From IMG/VR virus record IMGVR_UViG_3300031603_000003, positions 1 through 64,000 of that record: a DNA stretch of 64,000 nt; one strand, given 5' to 3'. Positions 18,867 through 30,108 of the stretch are shown piece after piece. Each line of letters begins with the position of its first letter. The stretch's first letter is position 1. Made by a program: the position numbers and the translations under genes. The DNA comes from a virus. Below the pieces are notes generated by a model. The model was not told the DNA's origin. It saw only the letters and a program-made list of their open reading frames with translations, and ran no database searches.

Positions 18867-20602
18867 TATAGTACCGGCATTGGGTAGGGGTTAGTCATGC
18901 TGAAGTTAACAACCATAGCTTGGGCTGAAAGACTTGTATAGGGGTCTGCAACTGCTACGTGTGCTATACTGTTAGCGGTAGTGTAAAAAGGTGAACCGTT
19001 GTTCACATCGGATACATTGAATGGAGCGTTGGGCCACACGAATGATCCAAATGTTTGTTCAGCACCGTCTGTTATATTAAAAGTTTTAGGTATAATGTCC
19101 ATAGTTAATCCATATGTCTCTGGGTTCACCGTAGCTGACGCGGCGCGCGTCACGCTGTACAGGTTACCTTGCTTTCCTAAGAATGATATGGCAGAGGCTT
19201 CTAAGCTCATAGCCGTGGTGCCATCATTGTCTACAAGCTCATAGGTGTCAGTTAAAAGGTAAGCGTAACGTACGAAGATGTATAATTTATAGGAAACATC
19301 AATCAAAGATATACTTGGAATTTGCTTTACGTAGTTCTCTACCGCTGAACCGACAACCTCATAGATTGCAGAGTTTAAGTTAATAGCGGTGAAATATGGT
19401 GTAATCCATTCTCCAACGCCGGCTACGGCGTAGTCCGGTGTAACATCGGTGGGGGAATCATCTACCCGTGTGTACGGCATCAAAGTAGTAGGCCACTCCC
19501 AAGTAGACGCGAATGGTAATGTACCGGTGACGAATAAGAATGGATTATTATCGCCATTGTACTGGAATGCTGGGTTAGGTGTATACACTTTAGACATAGG
19601 TTCTGAAGATATATCCCACCATCTATCGGTGTTCATGTTTACAAAGTTTTGGCTTTGAGCGTACAACGTATGTGTTACTTGTGTTGTCCAGTCAGTATCA
19701 CGCATTGGGTTACGAGTGTAGTGCATACTACTCTTGTCCGTTGCTAGGCGTCTGTACGTGAATACGGACTCTCCGTCTACCAGGGCTGATCCTACTTTAA
19801 TCCACTCTTCTAAACCGGCTGGCAATACCCCACCGTCTGCGGGGTTCCATGGTGTATTAGGTGCTATGTTGCCAACAAATATAGAAGTAGATGTGGCGAA
19901 CGTCTGAGGTATAGTTATAACGTATGGTTTATGTGAAAATGGATCACTTCGTACTAATGATGCGACGTACGTAACAACGTCACTATATACTGTTTCGCCT
20001 GCTGCAGTTATTATCTGTGATCGAAATTGATTACTATGTGTAGGCGATAAGTCTTCGAGTACAAACTCGTGTGTTCCTACCGCAGGTTGCCACCAAAATC
20101 GTTTAAGTTCCCAAGCACCAGCTGATCCGACTCTGTGCCACAGTGTCATGGACAATGCGTCTGTTAGTACAAGGTCAATGCTTATAGCCAGAGTACCATC
20201 TAAGTATGTATCCCATACTGGAAATGTATTTGAAGCGTACGGTACTGGAGCAGAAAATGCACCCAGTGTCCACAGCGTTTGTAAACTTGTTTCCTGTGTC
20301 CATACGTTGGTATACTCGCTACCCTGTCCCGTGTACGGATCTTCGTCCTCGATGGTGGTTGAGAAGTTTGCTCTTAGTGCGTATTGATATCTGGTGAGTA
20401 CAGTAGCAGCGTCGCCTAATATGGTGGCGGATGTGTATGATACCGCGGTGGGGGATATACCACTGACTACAGTGCCACCGGCGGCGTCGAGTATATCGAA
20501 GCTATCCAAATACACAGCGTCAGCGTTAGTAGGTATTTGCCATTGAAGACTAAAGGAAGTAGGTCCAATATTTGTTGCTCTAAAGTTTACACTTAGACTC
20601 AT
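18866..20602 (-). CDS. Structural protein with two N-terminal FN3-like domains
   Basis: 'NFRATNIGPTSFSLQW...YQYALRA' and 'LEDLSPTHSNQFR'. Confidence 0.7.
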   Translation of the reverse strand: MSLSVNFRATNIGPTSFSLQWQIPTNADAVYLDSFDILDAAGGTVVSGISPTAVSYTSATILGDAATVLTRYQYALRANFSTTIEDEDPYTGQGSEYTNVWTQETSLQTLWTLGAFSAPVPYASNTFPVWDTYLDGTLAISIDLVLTDALSMTLWHRVGSAGAWELKRFWWQPAVGTHEFVLEDLSPTHSNQFRSQIITAAGETVYSDVVTYVASLVRSDPFSHKPYVITIPQTFATSTSIFVGNIAPNTPWNPADGGVLPAGLEEWIKVGSALVDGESVFTYRRLATDKSSMHYTRNPMRDTDWTTQVTHTLYAQSQNFVNMNTDRWWDISSEPMSKVYTPNPAFQYNGDNNPFLFVTGTLPFASTWEWPTTLMPYTRVDDSPTDVTPDYAVAGVGEWITPYFTAINLNSAIYEVVGSAVENYVKQIPSISLIDVSYKLYIFVRYAYLLTDTYELVDNDGTTAMSLEASAISFLGKQGNLYSVTRAASATVNPETYGLTMDIIPKTFNITDGAEQTFGSFVWPNAPFNVSDVNNGSPFYTTANSIAHVAVADPYTSLSAQAMVVNFSMTNPYPMPVL

Positions 20603-21633
20603 GTCATACTCCCTAGGGTGTTCAAAATAACATCAGTTAACTGTGCGTACGTAACACGTCCACCTGCTTGTGCGCCAATGGTAAACAACCAGCCTTCATA
20701 TACACCACCGAATGCCTCGGCTGTTATAGAATCTGTAGATATATTCCATACTATAGATTGAATCATTGATGAAGGATTATCTACGAATATTAGTTGTTCG
20801 ACATTCGGGTACACAAGAGTTTGTCCTTCCATCGTATTAAGTTCTACACTGCAATAAATAGATTCAGGTATAGGCGTGGAAATTAGTGATATTAACGAAG
20901 GTGTTTCTAACGTGGCTACTATCCTTAGAATACCATCTACATACGTGTCAGCCATGTATGTTAGTTTAGGTTCGAGCTCCAAGGGTTCCTGGACTACAGG
21001 CTGCGATTCAGTCATCCCAACTTGCAAATCAATTACAGATAAATCTTTGTTCCGTTTAGCAAACTGTAGCTGTAGACCGGCTACGTTAGGTATGGATACG
21101 TTATTCTCAGTGAGCGGTATTACGGATGTTGACTGTATGTTCTGTATTTTACCTAGCATTAATGTTGGAAATGTAAGTACATTAGGTATCTTTACTGTAG
21201 AAAAGGGTAGGATCTCTACGTTAGTAGGGGTCAAGGTAAGTGGTTGTTCCAATATCTTATCGATGAAGCTTACAGCACCATTACCGGTACGCATAAGACG
21301 TTCTTGTACCTTAAGTCGGAGGCTCTCAACGATATAGTCTAATTCATTAGTAGATATACCAGCTTGTAATATTGATACTCTAGTATCCAGGGCACCAAGG
21401 GCGGTAGTGGCTTCAACTAATGAGGAGTGTACTGCTGTGAATATTGCATCTAATGGTTCTGGGCGCGCGATCTCCCCATCCACTGGTATGTGGAAGTATT
21501 CTTCCGCATCGAATAGTTCGTACAATCTGGATAGGATTAACATCAACCGCTGTTCGGTAGACTGTAACTGTTCGGACTCGAACGTGGTTAACGCTGATAA
21601 GTATGCTTCTTTTACTTTATTGAACGTGGTCAT
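20599..21633 (-). CDS. Baseplate/fibre-associated structural protein (paralog family)
   Basis: Helical and coiled-coil N-terminus then beta-rich; overlaps neighbours. Confidence 0.6.
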   Translation of the reverse strand: MTTFNKVKEAYLSALTTFESEQLQSTEQRLMLILSRLYELFDAEEYFHIPVDGEIARPEPLDAIFTAVHSSLVEATTALGALDTRVSILQAGISTNELDYIVESLRLKVQERLMRTGNGAVSFIDKILEQPLTLTPTNVEILPFSTVKIPNVLTFPTLMLGKIQNIQSTSVIPLTENNVSIPNVAGLQLQFAKRNKDLSVIDLQVGMTESQPVVQEPLELEPKLTYMADTYVDGILRIVATLETPSLISLISTPIPESIYCSVELNTMEGQTLVYPNVEQLIFVDNPSSMIQSIVWNISTDSITAEAFGGVYEGWLFTIGAQAGGRVTYAQLTDVILNTLGSMT

Positions 21634-23260
21634 GTAAGTTCACCATATATGCTTGTACCCATGAGTCGTAATCTGTAAACGTAAGCGTATAACTTACCGC
21701 AACAGCTTTAACATAATATGTTATGGCAAGGGTTTGCGTAGGGTCTAGTGCAATTGCATCCTTGAAGACAATTAATGATCCGAGTACAAAACATTCCAAT
21801 GAGTTATCCGGAGAGAACTGTGGAAGCTCCCCGGGAGTAAGCGGCATGACCCTATAAGGTTCTGCGTCAATCTCATCTCCTGTAACGGTAACGATGTTCA
21901 CGCTTAATTCGTTATCATTATCTACATACGGAAAATGCTCTAGTTGTACCGTGGTAGTACTATCTTCGATAGTTTCTACTACTTGTGTCACACTTGATGA
22001 TGAATCAATATCTGTTACGCTACCGTTTGGTTGGTAATATGTGACTACTGGGTCTGGTACACCAGAGCCGTATACAACTATACTGCTAGACTCTAATGCT
22101 CCATTATAACTATAGAACTTAGGAGTTGTAAGCGTACCACTGCTAGTATCAGCTGGCGTCTTCAAGAACTTAACGTTATATAAACCCAATTCGTAATGAT
22201 AATAGTCTGGCTGTTCTGCAGCATTACTGAATCCATTTGGATCCTGCATGGCACCCACATACACATCTTGTTCCAAGTACTGATCGGCTAATATGGAAGC
22301 GTACGGTTTACGATCTGTGAAATGCATTACTTGCAAGTACACTACTATGCGCTGTACCGCACTATCCGGTAAGCTAACCGTGATGTCTTTCTTAGGCAGT
22401 ATAGTTCCAACAAGAACACCTCTGCTATCTTTGTGGATAGCTAGCGTACTACTAAGTGAATTACTGGATAGCACACTCAGTACACGTACAGGTTGCTGGA
22501 ACTTTAGTTCCATTTCCTTAGGTGTTATTGTTGTGTCGCTGTTCTGGAATTCTATTCGCGCTACTGTGCCCGTAACACTGTAGAGATCTGCAGCAGTATC
22601 TGTTATTGATTCTAAGGTACTAACGTATAAAGGATAAGCTGGAATACTTTTCGTATACATATCTATTGACCAGGTAGCAGTACCCGGCCCTGACTTGAGT
22701 ACACTCTGTACATCTCCGTTAGTAGACAACAGTACGCCATTGTTTAAATCAACGGCTGGATAAAAAGTTGTGGTGATGTCCATGTTAGTTAAATCCTGAG
22801 TTGGGATTCGATCCTTAGGAAGCCGTATAATATCACTGGACATGGTTACATTGGTGTACTCGGTATTTGCCAGCAAGTCTGGACCTTGAATAAAACGTAT
22901 GTTGTCCTTATCACTATTGGTTAGTTGGGAAACAATACGTGTTAACCTGTAACTATAGTCGTCTACTATTGCACGCATACTTCCTTCGATGGCGAGGTAT
23001 GAATTGTATATAGATTTCAGATGACCAAAGGACGCTATTAGATCGACGAGTACGTTACGTACGTCACCTCTAAACTTTGAAGAGCTGGCAAGATTGCTGG
23101 AGTTATACTGAGATACTAAGATATTACCATTAGCATACCGTGCTAATAGTTGTGACTCAAGTGCTTGTACATCCAACGGATTAGTTATCTTAAACTGTTG
23201 GGCCATAGACTGCGCTAGCTTGCGCAGCTCTTGTGCTCTTATTTCACTGTGTATTGGCAT
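21617..23260 (-). CDS. Baseplate/fibre-associated structural protein (paralog family)
   Basis: Probable ATG at 23260 (MPIHSE); 'ASSSKFRGDVRNVLVDL' plus coiled coil. Confidence 0.62.
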   Translation of the reverse strand: MPIHSEIRAQELRKLAQSMAQQFKITNPLDVQALESQLLARYANGNILVSQYNSSNLASSSKFRGDVRNVLVDLIASFGHLKSIYNSYLAIEGSMRAIVDDYSYRLTRIVSQLTNSDKDNIRFIQGPDLLANTEYTNVTMSSDIIRLPKDRIPTQDLTNMDITTTFYPAVDLNNGVLLSTNGDVQSVLKSGPGTATWSIDMYTKSIPAYPLYVSTLESITDTAADLYSVTGTVARIEFQNSDTTITPKEMELKFQQPVRVLSVLSSNSLSSTLAIHKDSRGVLVGTILPKKDITVSLPDSAVQRIVVYLQVMHFTDRKPYASILADQYLEQDVYVGAMQDPNGFSNAAEQPDYYHYELGLYNVKFLKTPADTSSGTLTTPKFYSYNGALESSSIVVYGSGVPDPVVTYYQPNGSVTDIDSSSSVTQVVETIEDSTTTVQLEHFPYVDNDNELSVNIVTVTGDEIDAEPYRVMPLTPGELPQFSPDNSLECFVLGSLIVFKDAIALDPTQTLAITYYVKAVAVSYTLTFTDYDSWVQAYMVNLHDHVQ

Positions 23261-24809
23261 TATCGAAGATGTCCTCATGTGTAAATATAATAGACTTAGC
23301 TGGATCTACGATTAGAACATACGAACCAACGGCAAGTACATGTGATAAAATAGTATAGAAGTATTCTTTGTACGCATCCTTGACTAACTTCGCTGGGACT
23401 TCATCGTAAGCAGGTACTAACACCTTAGTAGAGCGTACTGTGTTCGCAATATCAATTGGTAGTTCGATTATCATTACCATAGATGGCACCGCTTCGCCTC
23501 CGTAAAACCCATAGTGGCTGTGTGATCGCCAGTCGATAACTTCTTTGTTTGCTGGGAGCTTAATACCGAGGCTTTGTTTACGTACATCTATCAAGCTTGG
23601 TGTAGTACGCTCTAAGTGTATTCTACCTAATGATAGGTCCGCAGTGGTAGGCCATGCTTCTTCCGCCCAGTCTGCACCTGCGTGTAGTTTGTTAGAGTGA
23701 TGAGCATATCTGTAATATACTTTATTAGGACTACGTACGCTTATATACATATCACCATCAATTAGATTACGTTCTAGTTCTGCGCGATCATATGAACCAC
23801 CGTGTATGTACAGCGGGTTGAGGTTGTCCGCAATTTCTCCCCACTTGGTGGAATCTATACCGTAACTAACGGTGAATGTATCGGTAGTAGTAATGTTCAG
23901 GTTGCGCAGAGATATTAACCCATAACGAGAACTGGCTGATTCAAATTCTATATCCGTTACCGGTACGCCGTTTACTTTGACGACGATGCCAGCACCTGCG
24001 GCGGCTAGAGCGGTAAGTGTGGGTTGCACCTTAAGTACACCATTAACTTTGAATACGCAATCATCCTCGTCTAATTCTAAGATACCGTTACGATGAATGA
24101 TTGGTACCTCTTCAAGCACAACCGAAGGACGTGGGTTTAAATCAACAAGTGCCAGTGTAATAGGAGTGCCGTTAATTATGTGTGATCCTTTACGGATACG
24201 CGCTTTGTGAAATTGAAACTTATCAGGGGTAGACACCTTAATGTTTACACTGTCCATGGGGGATAACGTAACCAACACTTCTGTACCCGGAGTTGGAGAA
24301 AAACCATCAACTGCACTGATGTCTTGCTGCGCAGAAGCTGTAGCAGTGTGTGGAAACTCAGGTAGCGGGTCAAGTAAAGCTTCACTGGTATTCAAAAGCG
24401 TGGTAACACCATCATCTGCCACCGTACTACACTTATATCTAACTCGTATAGGCCCAACATATACCGAGGAGTCTATACTTATAGACGCTCCAGATACTTT
24501 AGCGTTAATGCGTAGTCCATTGACCGGGTGATAAACATCAGCGGATACAGGAAGTGCGGGTAAAGAATACATTATGTTAATTGCCGCAGTTCCTAACATC
24601 AATTCCATACCAGCTGCTGGTGTGAATGGTAACGTTATAGTACCGTCTACGTTCACAGCCACAGAGTACTGCTGCGAAACTGGTAAGTCATGCACTGTAG
24701 GTTCGGAAGAAGTAAGCGTTACCATTGCAGCAACCGGGACATTCAGCTCTGGGGCAAAAACGTCCTGGATACGAAAGCGAAGGTTAGCTGGTATTGCTGG
24801 GTTAGCCAT
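23244..24809 (-). CDS. Baseplate wedge-like structural protein
   Basis: Beta-rich; C-terminal 'IDVRKQSLG..GFYGG..MIIELP..HVLAVG'; operon position. Confidence 0.55.
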   Translation of the reverse strand: MANPAIPANLRFRIQDVFAPELNVPVAAMVTLTSSEPTVHDLPVSQQYSVAVNVDGTITLPFTPAAGMELMLGTAAINIMYSLPALPVSADVYHPVNGLRINAKVSGASISIDSSVYVGPIRVRYKCSTVADDGVTTLLNTSEALLDPLPEFPHTATASAQQDISAVDGFSPTPGTEVLVTLSPMDSVNIKVSTPDKFQFHKARIRKGSHIINGTPITLALVDLNPRPSVVLEEVPIIHRNGILELDEDDCVFKVNGVLKVQPTLTALAAAGAGIVVKVNGVPVTDIEFESASSRYGLISLRNLNITTTDTFTVSYGIDSTKWGEIADNLNPLYIHGGSYDRAELERNLIDGDMYISVRSPNKVYYRYAHHSNKLHAGADWAEEAWPTTADLSLGRIHLERTTPSLIDVRKQSLGIKLPANKEVIDWRSHSHYGFYGGEAVPSMVMIIELPIDIANTVRSTKVLVPAYDEVPAKLVKDAYKEYFYTILSHVLAVGSYVLIVDPAKSIIFTHEDIFDNANTQ

Positions 24810-24814
24810 TTACG

Positions 24815-27721
24815 TTAACGTTCTGTTGGGGCTTCTGGGGGTGCTGCTGATGCAACACTCTCTACTAAGTAAGATGGTTTCTTGTATACTGGTAGATCAT
24901 TCTGTTTCTCGATAGTTACATTACGATCATAACCAAAGGCTACAGAAAACTTAGTGTACTCACCTGCTGAGTTGGCGGGCCAGTATCCTTTACTACTCCA
25001 ATCTGTGTCCCACATAGATATAATAATTTCCTCACCGGCTGGTACATACAAGTCAGTAGGCATTATAATGGAACTAGGTTCATATATTTGAGGCCACAAT
25101 GCTACGCTCTCAGATATACCAGGTACGCTAATGGATAATGGGTAACCTGCTGTTACCTGAGCTTGTTGCCATGTTCCACTACTTTCGTCAGAAACATAAA
25201 CAGCAGCGATGGTAAAGTTATTATCATCTACAACTTCAACTACGTAGTCTTCGCCGTTATAGTTTAATGTACCCCGAATAGTGACGAGATTATCGTCCGA
25301 TAAACCATGATCGGTAGATAGGATATTGATTCTACCTGCATTGGCTGTTATAATACTAGATATGGCAGCACCGCCTATGGTAGCAGCACCACCGGTCATG
25401 TACATAACTTGAATTTGTAAGGATGTGATGTGAATGTTACTATCCAGGGCAACTACACCTAGTTTCATACGATCAGTATCTGGAGTAATCCACTTAGTGA
25501 CATCCTCTTCAATGGTAAATGTACCTACTTGGTGGGTAAACCCGGCATCGTCTATAGTAAGTGATCCACCTGTACCGCTACCTAAGGTAGCGGAAGACAA
25601 GAGATTACCTTCACCTATAGAGAAGACTTCAACATTCATTGTACGTCCATTGTCACAATTGATAGGAAAGAGTACTGTGTTACCTTCTGGTCTGTCGATG
25701 AATAAAGTTTGTACGGCGTTGGTTATAGTTCCCCACTTCTCGTACGCTTTGCACATATAACCTACGGCACCTGTTACTTGTTCAAGAGATACTACTAGTC
25801 CATAGGTAGTTCCGAACATTGTTATGGTGCCTGGGGCTGCTGGCGCTTCGACGGCGGGGGAGAACGCAACGGTATTTACTACCTTAGCTGCGTAATCGAT
25901 ACCAGTTGCCATAGTAACTGAGGCTACTAAGCCAACGTCAGCCGGTACATCGTAGAATCTAGTGTACGTGGAGGCGATTGCTTCCCTAGTACGTGATACA
26001 ACTTTACGACGGAAGTAAGTATTCCCATCCACTGTCCATGTTAGTTCAACGTGTGCGCGCTCTCCTGCTGCACTGATAGTGAATGCTACATTCTGGCTAG
26101 GCCATGGCCCAGACACTCCGAAGTAACTCATAGGAACTTCAATGTAATTAATCAAACTCTGGTAACCTACTACCTTGCAAGGGGTGGCTAGGTTAGGGAA
26201 ATATATGTAATCACCAGTACGATCTTCTGTAAGTATGGATGATACTAATTTATAGAACTTGAAACCAGCACGAGGCTTAAGCTCTTGCTCTTTGTCGTCT
26301 GGATCATCTAAATTACCTGTAATAGTAACATCACCATCGGTGCCTTCGTCTCCCCATTTGACCTGAATATAACGTTTACCGTTCTCAATAGGCACGGGCC
26401 ATTCAGTGTCCGTGACTATTTCAAACCCATCACTGATAGTAACAGAGTTGGGTCTGGTTATTAAACCGCCATTTGGTAAGTGTACATCATCAAATGCTGG
26501 ATCAATTCGTATTGGTATATCGAATGTATTACTCTGTGGTATCCATGTTGGTACAGTAGCAGTCTGCCTTATTATATATGCACCTTCGGTTGCGAAATCT
26601 AACTCTAACTTGTCCGTAGCTTCTTGGTAAGTCCAACGGTAAGACATGCCAGCAAGTTGTATAGCCTGAGCACTCCCAACATCGTTAGTAATTTCAATGC
26701 GAAAATCACCAATCGTAGGGTTAAGTTCAAAGATCATTAATTCAGCATCTAACATATCATTACTTAGTAACGTGGTAGTGTAATTGCCTATTGCTTTAAC
26801 AGTAACTAAATCACTAGGTACTGTGACATCTAGTACTAGTTCAAACGTATCGTAATCTATAGGGGAACTGGGCATTGTAAAGCCAGTAGATGTTCCCTGG
26901 TTGCGCCAGCATGTAGCTGTATCCGCTACTGCGATTTCAATAAATGCACTAGTAATAAGTGTATAAGTACCATTCCAGTGGTCAGTATCACTATCAGTAT
27001 CCCACTGTAAACTATTAATTAGGTTGTCTGGGTAGCCCATGTGAGAGCCCGAGCGTAATGTAAATGCACTTCCAGGTAAAATCTGTGCGTCAGTCTCAGC
27101 GTCGAGTATGTCCCACTGCCAAGTAGTTACTGGGTTGATAGAAGGATAGACGCTAAGGTTAAGAAAAGTCATAGCTGCTACTGGACTAACGGTATTACTG
27201 ATACGCATTGTTTGATCCATAGTCCAGGCCCGTACAACTGGCCCATCTAAAGTCTCAAGGTATGCGAGCTTATCTATTACTGGGAGTACTATGTACACCC
27301 ATTTAGTCTTAGCTGTACCATCATTCCAACTTAAGTTCGCACCGACGGTAACGAATGTGATAGGATTATTTGGAAAGGTCGGAACACCGCTTGGTGTGAA
27401 CATACGTTCAAAGTCTGCCGGTACTCCGCCAAGTGCACCGGTTATACCGGACACACTCCACTCGGTTATTGCTCCACCAACTGTGGCCTCTTGCCATATA
27501 GTAGCATTGAATATATTAATAGTGCTGGGTTCAAATGTTTGGGAGTCAGAATCCCACCATATAATATCTGTGTCGCTACGCAACATCGGAACTACATCGA
27601 AATCATCAGCTCCTGCGTTGATGTAATCAAAATATTGGTTCCACATTTGTGCGGTAATAGTTGTTGGTTTATCTGTAGCTAAGTACACCGCTTGTGGTAT
27701 TACTGGATAAGTTATTGGCAT
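24815..27721 (-). CDS. Large tail fibre/baseplate protein with an inserted 'HGL..V.I.G..YNG' (E1-FCCH-like) domain
   Basis: 968 aa, beta-rich; 'DHGLSDDNLVTIRGTLNYNGEDYVVEVVDDNNFTI'; AAGGA RBS. Confidence 0.62.
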   Translation of the reverse strand: MPITYPVIPQAVYLATDKPTTITAQMWNQYFDYINAGADDFDVVPMLRSDTDIIWWDSDSQTFEPSTINIFNATIWQEATVGGAITEWSVSGITGALGGVPADFERMFTPSGVPTFPNNPITFVTVGANLSWNDGTAKTKWVYIVLPVIDKLAYLETLDGPVVRAWTMDQTMRISNTVSPVAAMTFLNLSVYPSINPVTTWQWDILDAETDAQILPGSAFTLRSGSHMGYPDNLINSLQWDTDSDTDHWNGTYTLITSAFIEIAVADTATCWRNQGTSTGFTMPSSPIDYDTFELVLDVTVPSDLVTVKAIGNYTTTLLSNDMLDAELMIFELNPTIGDFRIEITNDVGSAQAIQLAGMSYRWTYQEATDKLELDFATEGAYIIRQTATVPTWIPQSNTFDIPIRIDPAFDDVHLPNGGLITRPNSVTISDGFEIVTDTEWPVPIENGKRYIQVKWGDEGTDGDVTITGNLDDPDDKEQELKPRAGFKFYKLVSSILTEDRTGDYIYFPNLATPCKVVGYQSLINYIEVPMSYFGVSGPWPSQNVAFTISAAGERAHVELTWTVDGNTYFRRKVVSRTREAIASTYTRFYDVPADVGLVASVTMATGIDYAAKVVNTVAFSPAVEAPAAPGTITMFGTTYGLVVSLEQVTGAVGYMCKAYEKWGTITNAVQTLFIDRPEGNTVLFPINCDNGRTMNVEVFSIGEGNLLSSATLGSGTGGSLTIDDAGFTHQVGTFTIEEDVTKWITPDTDRMKLGVVALDSNIHITSLQIQVMYMTGGAATIGGAAISSIITANAGRINILSTDHGLSDDNLVTIRGTLNYNGEDYVVEVVDDNNFTIAAVYVSDESSGTWQQAQVTAGYPLSISVPGISESVALWPQIYEPSSIIMPTDLYVPAGEEIIISMWDTDWSSKGYWPANSAGEYTKFSVAFGYDRNVTIEKQNDLPVYKKPSYLVESVASAAPPEAPTER

Positions 27722-27738
27722 GACTGGGTCCTTTCACC

Positions 27739-30108
27739 CTAGGTGGTCTTGTAAAGATCTACTGTCAATGTTATGGCATCACTATCTGGGTTGAGAACGA
27801 TAGTGATCTGTTGCATTGTAGTTCCGTATGGGAAGTTAACAGTATATGGAATAAATAGTAAACCGTCGAGGCGGCTCTTGATTATGGTATCAGGTTCTTG
27901 TATAGCTACTAATGCATCGGTGTAGTCCAAGGCATTAACATTAGCTATGTCATCGGCGTACATTGGGCCGTGTCCGTTACGTCCTGTAACTATATGTTCA
28001 CCGTTTATATTACTAGCAATACCTCCACCGTTAGCTACACCGGTGACTACCATGATATCTCCATTAACAAAGATGTCTTTATCTACAGAATATGCCAACG
28101 CAAGTGCGACGTTAACAGATTCATCTTCAACTCCAGAGAAGACTATAGTATCACTGGTAGACCGTACTATAAAATCCGTGCCGGCTACTCTGTTTGAATC
28201 TGCATCAAATGGTTTAACAACGATCAGAATCTCAGTGCCGCTTGGAACTACGGGGGTGGTAGCGTGAACCTCAGCACTAGTAAGGACAGAAGGGTCGGCT
28301 AGTGATATAATAGCACGTTCGAGATCATACTTCTGTGTGTCCTTGGGTATACCGGTACTTACTAATCCATCTAGTGCACGCTCATAAAACCAAGTAGGTT
28401 TAGCTACGGTGAACGTACCAGTCTGTGTATGATCCATGGTTATAGTTATCTCACCGTCGGAATCAATATCTTCGTAAAAGATCAGTGCACCTTCTGTGCC
28501 ATTAACGGTCCAGTCGTCTAGGGATTCATTTAGATGTTGCATGTACGTAGACATAGTAGCTGCTTCCTCTGCGGAGTATACAGCCTTAGTATGTTTGGCA
28601 AATATCTGACGTGGATAACTAAGCAAATCCACTATGTTTGGGTCGTACGCGCCGGCTTCGTCCACTGCGCCATTGATTGCGTTTGCATAATTAATTTGAT
28701 GTTGGTGCTGGAATAGAGGGTAGTACCCTCCATCTTCTAGAGCGGTAGTACTGTCTGCGGGAACCGTCATGGTGTGCCGTTTGTACACAGCTACTTCATC
28801 GTAAAGGGCCCAGTTCGTGGATTCAACACTTAGATCTAATACAAGTACACCAGTACTGTAGTTAAAACTAAACACATCATGTACTTCTTCGTCCGACAAA
28901 CCACCTATAGTATCTACTAGGAAGAATCCATAAAACCCCGCGGCAGTCACTGGATGAGTACTTGGACTCAAGGTTACAGTTAACCTATTATTAACCACAT
29001 CTTCGGCGATATCTCCATCGGTAAATGATACATAAGGCATAAACTCTACGTAACCATTTGTACCGAACGCTGGTAAAGGGAACGCAAGAACAGAAGTAGG
29101 AGCCTGAGTGTGTATAGTAGCAGGTGTAACCTGAAGAGGGTTATCCACTTGGCTATCCTGTGTGTATACATCTTCTTCATTGTCTTTAATACCTAGTGCG
29201 CCGGCGATGAATAGTTTAAGTCCGTCCCACATTACTTGCCCATGTGTGAGCATAATGTTGCCATCCGCTGATAGTTCTACTTGCGGGACTAGATCTGTAT
29301 GTTTACGGAGCACGCCGTTGTAGTGATTACCTTGGCCGGCTTCTAGTGACAAGCTGTCGAACCGCGTTGGGTATAGACCAGCCGGTTGTGGGTTATCCCA
29401 ACGATGTGTGTCCCATTTAAAACGACCCCAGGTAAAACCATAACCGCCGGCGTTCATGATTAATTCATATATTTCACTAGTAAGCTCTGTCCGTATGACT
29501 TCGGGATCGTCGAACGCGTATACTTTAATCTGATCGTCAAGTGGTGTTTGTTTGCCAGCTACACTTGGGTAATTATATTCTAACTGTAATGTTTCAGTAT
29601 CTAACAGTTCAATTGTGAATGTCACATCATCGCCGTCATCAATCTGCACGTCGGGTTGTCCATATATTAAACCAGAGTCAGCGTACGTTCCAGCTGTAAC
29701 CCAAGGTGCTGCTGGGGCAATGAACTTTCCATTAGCGTCAAACTCCATTTGTTCAACGCCTACATAGTTTACTGTATTTGTATTCCATCCTGCAGCAATT
29801 AAGTCATCCCTCGATGGTAACCTGAAATCTTGGTTATCTGGTATGTCAATATAGACACCACGTCTGGGGTACGGGTCGTAAGGTACAGTATCAAAATGTG
29901 CTGCTAGGGTATTGATTATACCCTGGTGCGTGGAATCTGACGGTGATAGAGTTAATCTCTTGAATAAATCTTGGAGGTTCATAACTGTGTATGTACTACC
30001 AGGTTTCTCTGGTATTCCGAAGATGAATTGATCACGGTTGATCTCCATTTGAGTATCAACGAAACGTTTAAAGCTACTACCCTTATCTACTATTGGTGCA
30101 TAACTCAT
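27739..30108 (-). CDS. Baseplate wedge/structural protein
   Basis: 789 aa, acidic; 'FTWGRFKWD' aromatic motif; ATGA coupling. Confidence 0.6.
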   Translation of the reverse strand: MSYAPIVDKGSSFKRFVDTQMEINRDQFIFGIPEKPGSTYTVMNLQDLFKRLTLSPSDSTHQGIINTLAAHFDTVPYDPYPRRGVYIDIPDNQDFRLPSRDDLIAAGWNTNTVNYVGVEQMEFDANGKFIAPAAPWVTAGTYADSGLIYGQPDVQIDDGDDVTFTIELLDTETLQLEYNYPSVAGKQTPLDDQIKVYAFDDPEVIRTELTSEIYELIMNAGGYGFTWGRFKWDTHRWDNPQPAGLYPTRFDSLSLEAGQGNHYNGVLRKHTDLVPQVELSADGNIMLTHGQVMWDGLKLFIAGALGIKDNEEDVYTQDSQVDNPLQVTPATIHTQAPTSVLAFPLPAFGTNGYVEFMPYVSFTDGDIAEDVVNNRLTVTLSPSTHPVTAAGFYGFFLVDTIGGLSDEEVHDVFSFNYSTGVLVLDLSVESTNWALYDEVAVYKRHTMTVPADSTTALEDGGYYPLFQHQHQINYANAINGAVDEAGAYDPNIVDLLSYPRQIFAKHTKAVYSAEEAATMSTYMQHLNESLDDWTVNGTEGALIFYEDIDSDGEITITMDHTQTGTFTVAKPTWFYERALDGLVSTGIPKDTQKYDLERAIISLADPSVLTSAEVHATTPVVPSGTEILIVVKPFDADSNRVAGTDFIVRSTSDTIVFSGVEDESVNVALALAYSVDKDIFVNGDIMVVTGVANGGGIASNINGEHIVTGRNGHGPMYADDIANVNALDYTDALVAIQEPDTIIKSRLDGLLFIPYTVNFPYGTTMQQITIVLNPDSDAITLTVDLYKTT

